A stretch of DNA of 64,000 nt from Eledone cirrhosa (lineage: Eukaryota), in the NCBI GenBank assembly GCA_964016885.1, contig OZ024745.1:86552001-86616000 (forward strand), read 5' to 3'. Shown here in pieces: positions 1 to 10,924 of this stretch; position 1 is the first letter of the stretch; every line of letters starts with the position of its first letter. The position numbers were made by a program, and so were the translations under genes. The notes below the pieces were generated by a model. The model made no database searches. It worked only from the letters and a program-made list of their open reading frames with translations, and had not been told where the DNA came from.

Positions 1-2020
1 CCCTATGAACTTTACGTACAAATTCCAGACTTGTTCGGAGGCCTCTTGGAGGACGTCTACTGCAACTGGCAACAGAACGGGAGCATTCCCAGCTCTGTGA
101 GCCGAGGAGCGGTGGCGCTGCTGAGAAAGGATCCGAACAAGGGGGATAACATAGATAATTTTAGGCCCATAACTCTGCTAAACACAGAGTTCAAGATTTT
201 GGCCAAGGTGCTAGAAAAGAGGTTGGCGCTTGTCGTTGGTGGTCTGGTGGGAGAGGCACAGACATGCGCCATTCCCGACAGATCCATCCACGACAACCTC
301 CACCTCATGCGATACATCGTAGAGAGGGTAGCTAGGGAACCTGGCACGGGTGGGTCTTTGATCAATTTAGATCAGTCGAAAGCCTTCGATAACGTCGACC
401 ATCGTTACCTAGCGGCAGTCCTGAGGGCGGCCCGTCTTCAGAGGCTGGATCGCTGCCATGCACAGCGACATCTGCTCTGTAGTGAGAGTGAACGGTCACC
501 TTTCGGAACCGTTCAACATCATGCGCTCGGTCCGCCAAGGATGTCCCCTCTCGTCCCTATTGTATGTATTGACTCTCGAGCCATTACTGCACAAACAGGA
601 GACGTTGAGGGGGGTCCCGCGCGAACTAGGATGCGGAAGAACCGTGTCAGCATATGCGGACGATGTCACTGTAGTGGTGTCGAACGCCAAACACATCGAG
701 GCGATCGGCACTACACTAAGAGAATACGAAGCGGTGACAGGAGAAATGATCAACCAGGAAAAGTCAGTGGGCCTGCAGCTCGGCACCTGGAGAGGCAAGT
801 CCATGCCGTCCAACAGCGTCGTTGGACGCTGGACGGACGGACCGGTTAAATTGCTAGGGGTCTGGTTCGGTCCGGACCTCCAGACGGACAAAAACTGGGA
901 CGAGGTGACGAGCAGGGTGGCTTCTCTCACCCAGAAATGGGCGGAGAGGAAGCTATCCCTGAAAGGTCGAGCGGAGGTGGCTAACGCGTACATCGCGTCT
1001 GTCATCTGCTACCGCCTGACCGTCGTACCTTGTCCTAAGCCTCGCCTGACTGCGCTGGAGCGTTTGCTCTTTCGCTTTTTGTGGAAGTGACGCGCTCCGA
1101 TGGTCAGGCGGTCCATCTGTTGTCAACACCCGCTACGTGGAGGGCTGGGCATGCCGTGGCTGATGATGCGCAGGCACGCGCTCAGGCTACGACATCTCCA
1201 CCTCTTCCTCGACGGTGATCAGGTGTGGTCGCCGTTTGCTAGACACGTATTTCCCCAGCTCGTTTCCTTGACGGAGCTGCAGTCCTGGGTCAAGCGAAGA
1301 CCGAGAGGGAGCGCCTGGAGACTGGAATGTCTTCAGGCGCTCACAGCCCTCGACCAATCGGGCAATGTGATCGGTGGGAACTCCACCTCGGCGTTCTATA
1401 GAGGATTAGTGGAGGGGAAGAGCGACGACGTACTTGGGGAAACTCTAGGCGTCGACGAAAATCAACTAGCCAATCTCTTCGGAAGAACTTTCGGGCCAGG
1501 GCCTATGGACAACTTCCAGAAATCTCTGGCCTGGCAGTGCTACCGAGGAGCCTTGCTAGTTCGGGATAAACTCTACAGGCATGGAGGTGCCGTCAGCCGG
1601 GCATGTCCGAGATGCGCGCAGGGCGACGAAACCGTCCTGCACGCACTCGTCCAGTGTTCGAAAATTGCTGACTTGTGGGTTTATGTCGAACACCTGCTGT
1701 CGCGTGTAGGACGGATCCGGCTATCATCTGAGTCCATCGTGAGGATTGCCCCGCCCTCCTCCTTTAGCCGGGAAGGGCAGGAAGTTTTTATCTGTCTGGT
1801 GGCCATGGCGAAAGAGATAGTATGGTGGACACGTTTGAAAGGGCTGAAGACGAGCACTTACCTCTTCGGTGATGCCCTGATTGACTTTTTCAAATTTCAT
1901 TTGAAAAGGAAAATCAGAGTAGAGAGGGAAGTGCTCTCTTCCCAGCATTTTGTTGAAAGATGGGTGAGAGAAGCAAGAATGGCCCGAGTGAATGGGCCTA
2001 CTCTGAGTATATATCTGTAA
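1..2020 (+). pseudogene. Disrupted Tx1-like ORF2 (reverse transcriptase + C-terminal zinc domain)
   Basis: ORF pieces 31-849, 458-1090 and 1100-2020; frameshift near 432 (about 10 nt missing relative to the paralog near 39740); TGA at 1088-1090. Confidence 0.9.
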
Positions 2021-2267
2021 ATTAAAGGTGGAAAACTGGGAGAGGGCACTTGCCTTGGTGGTCAGGGTCACTGTGTCCTTTTACTGGGCTCTCTCCACAA
2101 ATGTCCCTCCGAAGTCTTCCCCCTATTGGGGAATTTTTCATTGTTATTTTTTGTTACATCCTCTGTTTGTCTTTACACGCAGAAATGCCCATTTGTACCG
2201 TCCTGTATTGTCCTGTACTGTCCTTAATGTCAACTTTATGTAAACCCTTGTGGTTAATAAAGAAAAC
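1..2267 (+). mobile_element. Tx1/L1-clade non-LTR retrotransposon, 3' part (5' end lies before the window)
   Basis: RT motifs NFRPITLLNTEFKILAK, NLDQSKAFD, VRQGCPLS and SAYADDV; C-terminal CPRC...ETVLHALVQC zinc motif; 3' UTR ends AATAAAGAAAAC before a TTA repeat; clearly paralogous to the element at 35771-41569. Confidence 0.93.
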
Positions 2268-2276
2268 ATTATTATT
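2100..2276 (+). repeat. 177-bp direct repeat, left copy (Tx1 3' UTR end + ATTATT)
   Basis: Identical to 5890-6066 except one base (2118 T vs 5908 C). Confidence 0.97.
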
Positions 2277-2288
2277 GTTATTGTTATT

Positions 2289-5200
2289 CCTTGAATCTCA
2301 GTCATTGATGTTGGTTAACTGGAAAGTCCGTTGGATTGAATATCAAGCCACTACCTGCAGCCTCAGATATTCAGGACGTATCGGAGGGTTCTTGCTGTTC
2401 CAAGCAAGCATGCCTTTTGAAGCGTTCCAAAAAGCGTGAAGGGGCCGATTTTCTTTAACCATCCCTGGAAACCTTTGGAGATAGTCCCCAGTGCGCCTAT
2501 GACAATCGGGATCACTTTGACTTCATGGCAGTTCCAAATCCTTTTCACCTCCCACTTTAGGTCCTGGTATCGGTTAATTTTCTCCCTCTCCTTCTCTTGC
2601 ACTCTCGTGTCGAACGGGCAGGCGACATCCACAATCAGGCACGATCTTTTTTCTTTGTCCACAACCACCAGGTCAGGTCTATTGTGTTCCAGTTTTTTGT
2701 CCGTCTGTATCCTAAAATCCCACAGCACCTTCACCTGACTGTTCTCCATCACCGCCTCTGGCCTATGCTCATACCATTTCTCAGAGTGTGGTAAATTGTT
2801 TACTTTGCACAGGTGCCAGTGGATCACCCTGCCCATCACATCGTGTCTCCAGCCCTTATAGTGGGTCTAGGCTAGGTGTTTACACTCGGACACAATGTGA
2901 GCCACAGTCTCCTCTCTCTCTCCACAGATCCTGCACAGTGGGCTAGCCTCCTCCTTGTAAATATGGTGCTTCAACCACTTCGTTTTGAGGGCCTGCTCCT
3001 GCGCAGCCATTAGCATTCCTTCTGTAGCCTTTTTGAGGTCTCCTCTTCTCAACCAGTTCCATGTCTGTGGATCTCTAAATTCAGTTTTCTCAAAGAAGGT
3101 ACTATGAAGGGATTTTCCCTTAAGGCGGCTTTTCCTCCTTGATGTTATTTCCTCCTTGGATATCCCCTGGCCTACTGTCCCCTCCTTCAGTACAGCTCTG
3201 AGCATTGGCTCCTTACTATAGGTCACGTATTTGTATAGGTTGTTTTTCTCCATCTGAACACAGTCCTCTATGCTGATAAGACCTCTTCCACCCTCAGATC
3301 TCCTTAGGTAGAGTCTATCGACATCACTCCTCTTGTGGAACATGTTGTAGATAGTCAATAGCTTCCTAGTCTTCCTATCCATTTCTTTTTGTTCAGCAAC
3401 ATTCCATCTCAGAATTCCCGCACTGTACCTAATAATAGACACAGCTCGGGAATTTACTGCGCTTATGGCATTTCTGCTGTTCAGATGTGACTTCAATACG
3501 CTCCTTACTCTCCGAATGTATTCAGTTCTTAACAATTCCTTCATTTTTTTGTTCTTTATGCCATCAGCCTCCAGAACGCCCAAATACTTGTATCCTTCCT
3601 CAGAGTCAATTTCCTTTATCATCTCACCTGTTGGTATCTGGATCCTGTTACTTCTGCTCAACCTACCCCTCTTCATCACAATGACTCCACATTTACCAAT
3701 ACCAAACTGCATACATATATCACTGCTGAAAATACGGACAGTGTCAACAAGCACATCCAACTCCTTCTCACTTTTCCCGAAGAGCTTAAGATCGTCCATG
3801 AAGAGGAGGTGATTGATGGTAAGCTCTCCCCTTCCCAACTTGTATCCTGCTCTCACTTTTCGCAGCATAATGGTCAAGGGCATCAGGGCAAGGACAAACA
3901 ACAGAGGGGACAGGCTATCTCCCTGGAAGATACCTCTCTTGATCTTCACGCTTCCCAAGGATACTCCAGTTGATGTCAACTCTGTCTCCCAGGACCCCAT
4001 ACTCCTGCCCAGCAACTGTCTGATGTTATCTGCCACCCTGAAGATCTCCAGGCTTTTGGTGATCCAGGAATGAGGCACCATGTCAAATGCCTTTCTGTAG
4101 TCTATCCATCCCATGGCAAGATCAGTGTGTCTCCTCCTGCAATTCCCCATTACCATCTTATCAATAAGCAACTGGTCCTTTGTACCACGTGACTTCTTTC
4201 GGCATCCTTTCTGTTCGTCCGGTAACAAGTTGTTTGTGTGGAGGTGATGGTAGATTTCCTCAGACACAATGCTCGTCAACAGTTTCCACATTACGGGCAG
4301 ACATGTGATAGGTCTATAGTTGGTAACATCATTACCCTTGATTCGGTCTTTCATTATCAGAACTGTGGTACCTTTTGTCAACCACTCTGGCACCTCACCC
4401 GACACCAAGCAGTCATTGAACATGGCCGTCAGCTTCGGGTGGAGGGATGTTAAATGTTTAATCCAATACCCCTGCACACCATCTGGGCCTGGTGATTTCC
4501 AGTTGGTTAGTTTTTTGGCTTGCCCCTTAAGAGTTTCAACTGTGATACTCAAATCAGTCTGTTGTTGTGCCTGCTCACCGATCTCCCTCTGTACTGTCTC
4601 AATCCACCCTGCCTGGGCATTGTGTCTAACATCCTGCTCCCATATTCCTCTCCAGAATGTTTTAGCTTGTTCCGCCCCAGGGATCAAGTCGTTGCCTCTT
4701 TCTTTCCCCTCAAGCTGTCCAAACAGCATCTTCTGGTTGTTGTCGAACATGCGGTTCTGTTTATACTGACTGACTCTGTTCTCGTATCGCCTGATTTTGG
4801 CACTCTTTGCTACAATGCGTTGCTTCAATTCCTCTATGATAATATTTAGCTTTTTACTCCTAGTTTTGTATTTTATTTCCAGTCTATTTTTAGTGCCTAT
4901 GTTTTTTAGTGTCCCATTCAGTAGTGACTCAAGCTTTCCTATGTCATTTCTCATTTCCCCGATTTGCCCACTCAGTCGCTTCTTCCACCACGGCTCTGCT
5001 CTTTCTTGTCTGTTGTTTCCTCTCGCTTTTATACCAAGTAGTTTCCTCACCGTATTTGCTGTTGCTTTGAGGATATTGTTGCACTGGTGAAGACTCCTCG
5101 CCTCAAGGTATGGGATGACTTTGTTTACCTTAGCTGTTGTTTCTTTTAACTTTTTCCTGTCTACAAATCTTAGGTTCATAGGTCTCCCACTATCATTGTT

Positions 5201-5889
5201 CAACTCATCTACCACTAAATTTAGGATGTCAACCGAATCTTGTCCTAGCCCGTCAGCATTCATCTCCTCAGTGGCCGTATCTCTGTTCCAGGTATTATTT
5301 ATCTCAGTATTCAGATCATTGTCTGCTTCGGGTGGTTTCTCCGTTCTCAGGACCTCCTCACCTTCATTTCCCGCCGGCTCGCTTGTCTGGCATACTACAC
5401 CCGCCATCTCCAAGCCATTCTCTCTGCTTAGTTCCTCCAGTTCCAGCTCGCTTATCCACCCATTAGTTCTTATTACCCGAGCCTGCCCGGCCAATTTTTG
5501 TTCATCTAATTTAAATAAACCAATCTCGTTCCAGATGTTATGCATCCGTCTCCTGTAGCCCCTCTCCTTGGGGTTACTTTTCAGGTAGCATTGCATAACA
5601 GTTCTATTCAATTCTTTCGTCCAGTTGGTTCTGGCCCCTTTCCTTCTTCTTCCTCCAACATCAGCAGTATTTGGTTGACAGTCAGGTTCCTGCTGCTGAG
5701 CCAGGGGGCACCTGTTGGGTGAGAGTCTGTCACATGACGTTCTAGTCTCCATTTCACCGTTATTCGAACTGTTTATGTTCGATATTTAAACACTCTTATC
5801 GAGGATTGGCGAATGTATGTTTACATAGCCATCTGTGGATCCGCTATCCCACTTGGCCCTTGTGTGGCATTATCACCACGCTGTATACG
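2289..5889 (-). mobile_element. R4/Dong-clade RLE non-LTR retrotransposon, copy 1 (near-intact)
   Basis: Single long ORF with N-terminal WTKELNRTVMQCY...RMHNIW motif, RT (NYRPITCL, IDYRKAFD, GIFQGDSLSP, LFMDDLKL), CCHC (CRICGEREETVAHIVSEC) and RLE (RHD...HNRPDLV...IVDVACP...EKINRY); 3' end abuts a TAA-type repeat. Confidence 0.93.
2363..5752 (-). pseudogene. Dong/R4 RT-CCHC-RLE ORF with one premature stop
   Basis: The 961-aa ORF 5752-2867 is in frame with 2839-2363; the TAG at 2867-2869 is CAG (Gln) in the sister copies. Confidence 0.92.
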
Positions 5890-6056
5890 AATGTCCCTCC
5901 GAAGTCTCCCCCCTATTGGGGAATTTTTCATTGTTATTTTTTGTTACATCCTCTGTTTGTCTTTACACGCAGAAATGCCCATTTGTACCGTCCTGTATTG
6001 TCCTGTACTGTCCTTAATGTCAACTTTATGTAAACCCTTGTGGTTAATAAAGAAAA

Positions 6057-6066
<10 letters not shown>
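5890..6066 (+). repeat. 177-bp direct repeat, right copy
   Basis: Matches 2100-2276 at offset 3790. Confidence 0.97.
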
Positions 6067-6126
<60 letters not shown>

Positions 6127-6127
6127 G
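6059..6127. repeat. (TTA)n microsatellite at a Dong 3' junction
   Basis: Perfect trinucleotide run. Confidence 0.98.
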
Positions 6128-7992
6128 TTCTTTGAGTCTCAGTCATTGATGTTAGTTAACTGGAATGTTTGTTGAAATGAATATCAAGCCACTACCTGCA
6201 GCCTCAGATATTCAGGACGTATCGGAGGGCTCTTGCTGTTCCCAGCAAGCATGCCTTTTGAAGCGTTCCAAAAAGCGTGGCGGGGCCAATTTTCTTTAAC
6301 CATCCCTGGAAAGTTTTTGAGATAGTACCTAGTGCGCCTATGACAATCGGGACCACTTTGACTTCATGGCAGTTCCAAATCCTTTTTACCTTCCACTTTA
6401 AGTCCTGGTATCGGTTAATTTTCTCCCTCTCCTTCTCTTGAACTCTCGTGTCGAATGGGCAGGCCACATCCACAATCAGACACGATCTTTTTTCCTTGTC
6501 CAAAACCACCAGGTCAGCTTTATTGTGTTCCAGTTTCTTGTCCGTCTGTATCCTAAAATCCCACAGCATCTTCACATGATCGTTTTCTATCACCGACTCT
6601 GGCTTATGCTCATACCACTTCTCAGAATGTGGTAAATTGTTTACTTTGCATAGGTGCCAGTGGATCACCCTGCCCATCACATCATGTCTCCAGCCTTTAT
6701 AGTGAGTCTGGGCTAGGATACAATGTGAGCCACAGTCTCCTCTCTCTCTCCACAGATCCTGCACAGTGGGCTAGCCTCCTCCTTGTAAATATGGTGTTTC
6801 AACCACTTCGTTTTGAAGGCCTGCTCTTGCGCAGCCATTAGCATTCCTTCTGTAGCCTTTTTAAGGTCCCTGCTTCTGGGCCAGGGAGCACCTGCTGGGT
6901 GAGAGTCTGTCACATAACGTACCAGTCTCCACTTCACCGTTATTCGAACTGTTTAGGTTCGACATTTAAACACTCATATCGAGGATTGGTGAATGTATGG
7001 TTACATAACTACAGGTGATTTCATCACCCTCAGTGATTTGATCACCCCCGGTGATTTTAGCGTGGCACCATTACGCTGTAGACGAACATAAGTAAATATA
7101 CAAATAAATAGATAAAAACTTAAAAAAATAAACATAAGTTTCATTGTAATGTTTGAATGTCTGGCTTAGTTTTTTTTTTTTTTTCGTTTGTCAAGACCAG
7201 TAGCATCGGTTACTAGTGTTGTTGTTGTTGCTGCTGTACTGTTTTGATTTTAACTACGTGTGAAGTAGGGATTGTTACGTTCAAAACTTTTGAAATTTGT
7301 TTCGACTTGTTGCTGATCATGATCTGAGTTCAAATCTCGCCAAGGTTAACTTTGCCTTTCATCCTTACAGGGTCGATAAAATAAAGTACCAGTAATACAC
7401 TGAGATAATTGCTGGCCTTGTGCCAAAAGTAGAAACAATTATTATTATTATTATATTATACGGGGTCGATAAAACAAAGCACCAGCAATGCACTGGGCAA
7501 TCGCTGGCCCTGTGCCAAAAAAGTAGAAACAATTATTATTATTATATTATAGTTTAGATTTGACATCGTTTAAACTAAACATTTTGAGAGAGTTTAGAGG
7601 TACAACAGCAATACTGATTTTGGTGTTGTTGTTGTTGTTAGCTGTTGACCGGGTCACTAAATCAGTCTATTTATATCTTTTGATACCTTCCTCGCGTCTA
7701 TTCATGTTTAGTGGGACTATTACCATCCCTTTCTCTTAACAGGAGGTAGTGAGAGAATAGTGGTGGTAGCGATGATGCAGTGGTGGTGGTGGTGATGGGG
7801 TAGTAGTACTATAGTGATTGTGTTGATGTAACCGTTGGTTTGTGGTAGTGGCGATGGTAGCGGCGGCGGTCGCGATGTTGGTGCTGGAATTATTTGGCTG
7901 TTGTGTGTAGCCATTTTCTTTTTTGACTATAACATTTCTGATCCAAAATTAAATATTAAATATTGGAGCCCTATGTGATAATGTGATGCGTT
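6128..7992 (-). mobile_element. Dong/R4 copy 2, internally deleted (about 2.6 kb, including the whole RT); keeps the 5' region and CCHC-RLE
   Basis: RLE ORF 6204-6764; junction near 6868 fuses the DLKKATEG codons to the N-terminal coding sequence; 6870-7992 is homologous to 14325-15178. Confidence 0.9.
7322..7550 (+). mobile_element. Partial tRNA-derived SINE plus a duplicated 3' end, inside the Dong copy 2 5' region
   Basis: GAGTTCAAATC B-box, GCCTTTCATCCTTACAGGGTCGATAAA core, GGCCTTGTGCCAAAAGTAGAAACAATTATT tail occurring twice. Confidence 0.85.
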
Positions 7993-8004
7993 ATTATTAT
8001 TATT

Positions 8005-10846
8005 GTTCTTTGAGTCTCAGTCATTGAGGTTATTTAACTGGAAAGTTTGTTGAAATGAATATCAAGCCGCTACCTGCAGCCTCAGATATTCAGGACATAT
8101 CGGAGGGTTCTTGCTGTTCCCAGCAAGCATACCTTTTGAAGTGTTCCAAAAAGCGGGGCTGGCTTAACTTTCTTTAACCATCCTTGGAAACTCTTTGAGA
8201 TAGTACCTAGTGCGCCTATGACAATCGGGACGACTCTGACCTCATGGCAGTTCCAAATCCTTTTTACCTCCCACTTTAAGTCCTGGTATCGGTTAATTTT
8301 CTCCCTCTCCTTTTCTTGCACTCTCGTGTCGAATGGGTAGGCTACATCTACAATCAGGCACGATCTTTTTTCCTTGTCCAAAACCACCAGGTCAGGTCTA
8401 TTGTGTTCCAGTTTCTTATCCGTCTGTATCCTAAAATCCCATAGCACCTTCACCTAAGGTTTTCTATCACCGACTCTGGCTTATGCTCATACCACTTCTC
8501 AGAATGTGGTAAATTGTTTACCTTGCATAGGTGCCAGTGGATCACCCTGCCCATCACATCATGTCTCCAGCCTTTATAGTGAGTCTGGGCTAGGTGTTTA
8601 CACTCGGATACAATGTGATCCACAGTCTCCTCTTTCTCTCCACAGATCCTACACAGTGGGCTAGCCTGCTCCTTGTAAATATGGTGTTTCACCCACTTCG
8701 TTTTGAGGGCCTGCTCTTGCGCAGCCATTAGCATTCCTTCTGTAGCCTTTTTAAGGTCTCCTCTTTTTAACCAGTTCCATGTCTGTGGATCTCTAAATTC
8801 CGTTTCCTCAAAGAATGTACTATGAAGGAATTTTTCATGAAGGTTGGTCTTCCTCCTTGTTGTTATTTCCTTCTTGGACACCCCCTGGTCTATTGTCTTC
8901 TCCTTCTGTACAATTCTGAGCATTGGCTCCCTACTGTCGGTCACGTATTTGTGCAGGTTGTTTTTCTCATTCTGAACACAGCCCTCTATGCTGATAAGGC
9001 CTCTTCCACCTTCAGATCTCTTTAAGTAGAGTCTATCGACATCACTCCACTTGTGGAACATGCTGTAGATAGTCAATAGCTTCCTAGTCTTCCTATCCAT
9101 TTCTTTTTTTTCAGCAACATTCCATTTCAGAATTTCAGCCTGTACCTAATCATAGACACATCTCGGGAATTCACTGCACTTATGACATTCCTACTATTTA
9201 GACGTGATTTTAATACGCTCCTTACTCTCCTAATGTACTCAGATCTTATCAATTCCTTCATTTTTTTTTCTGCCTCCAGAACACCTAAATATTTGTATCC
9301 TTCTTCAGTGTCAATTTCCATTATCATCTCACCTGTTGGTACCTGGATTCCGTTGCTTCTGCTCAATTTACCCCCCCCCCCCACTCATCACTAGGACTCC
9401 AAACTTATTAATACCAAATTGCATACATATATCTCTGCTGAAAACACGGACAGTATCAACAAGTACATCCAACTCCTTCTCACTCTTCCCGAAGAGATTA
9501 AGATCGTCCATGAAGAGGAGGTGGTTGATGGTATGCTCTCCTTTTCCCAACTTGTATCCTGCTCTCATTTTTCGCAGTATAATGGTCAGGGGTATCAGGG
9601 AAAGGACAAACAACAGAGGGGACAGACTATCTCCCTGGAAGATACCTCTCTTGATCTTCACGCATCCCAAGCATTCTCCACCCGATGTTAATTCTGTTTC
9701 CCAGGACTTCATACTTTTGCTCAACAACTGTCTGATGTTATCTGCCAGCTTGAAGATCTTTGGTGATCCAAGAATGAGGCACCATGTCAAATGCCTTTTT
9801 GTAGTCTAACCATCCCATGGCAAGACCAGTGTGTCTCCTCTTGCAATTCCTCATTACTATCTTATCAATAAGTAGCTGGTCTTTTGTACCAGGGGACTTC
9901 TCTCGACATCCTTTCTGTTCGTCCGGCAACAAGTTGTTTATGTGGAGGTGATGGTAGATTTCTTCAGAAACAATGCTTCTTAGCAGTTTCCACATTACGG
10001 AGAGACATGTGATAGGTCTATAGTTGGTAACATCATTACCCTTGATTCGGTCGTTCATTACCAGGACTGTGGTACCCTTTGTCAACCACTCTGGTACCTC
10101 TCCCGACATCAAGCAGTCATTGAACATGGTTGTCAGTTTCGGGTGGAGGGATGTTATATTTTTAATCCAATACCCCTGCATACCATCTGGGCCTGGTGAT
10201 TTCCAGTTGGTTAGTTTTCTGGCCTGCCCCTTAAGAGTTTCAACTGTGATACTCAAGTCAGTTTGTTGGTGTGCCTGTTCACTAATCTCCATTTGTACTG
10301 TCTCAATCCACACTGCCTGGTCATTATGTTTAACATCCTGCTCCCATATTCCTCTCCGGAATGCCTTAGTTTGTTCCGCGTCAGGGATCAAGTCATTGCC
10401 TTTCCCTTCAAGCTGCCTAAACAACATCTTCTGGTTGTTTGACAAACATGCGGTTCTGTCTATACTAACTGACTTTGCTCTCATACTGCCTAATATTTGC
10501 ACTCTTTGCTACAATGCGTTGCTTCAGTTCCTCTATGATAATATTTAGCTTTTTCCTCCTAGTTTTGTACTTTATTTCCAGTCTAATTTTCGTGTCTATG
10601 TTTTGTAGTGTCCCATTCAGTAGGGACTCAAGCTTTCCAATGTCATTTCTCATTTCCCTGATTTGACCATTCAGTCATTTCTTCCACCAAGGTTCTGATC
10701 TTTCTTGTTTGTTGTTTCCTCTCGCTTTTATGCCAACTAATTTCCTCACCGCATTTGCTGTTGCTTTGAGGATATTGTTGCACTGGTGAAGGCTCCTCGC
10801 CTGAAGGTATGGGATGACTTTGTTTACCTTAGCTGTTGTTTCTTTT
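8005..10846 (-). mobile_element. Dong/R4 copy 3, 5'-truncated, several frameshifts
   Basis: ORF fragments 8082-8453, 8450-9100, 9127-9384, 9368-9790, 9738-10502 and 10465-10653 are colinear with copy 1. Confidence 0.92.
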
Positions 10847-10849
10847 CTT

Positions 10850-10858
10850 TTATTATTA

Positions 10859-10924
<66 letters not shown>
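10850..10924. repeat. (TTA)n microsatellite between Dong copies 3 and 4
   Basis: Near-perfect trinucleotide run. Confidence 0.97.

Noticed and set aside
2867-2869. In-frame TAG between the Dong RT-CCHC and RLE as programmed readthrough
   Set aside because: The three sister copies have CAG here, so it is a simple nonsense mutation.
496-5558. Antisense ORFs overlapping the LINE ORFs
   Set aside because: Shadow frames of TE coding sequence with no independent motifs.
5790-5890. HDV-like ribozyme in the Dong leader (TCCTCG and GGCGAATG motifs)
   Set aside because: Could not assemble P1/P2/P3 pairings by eye, and the two motifs lie on opposite strands.
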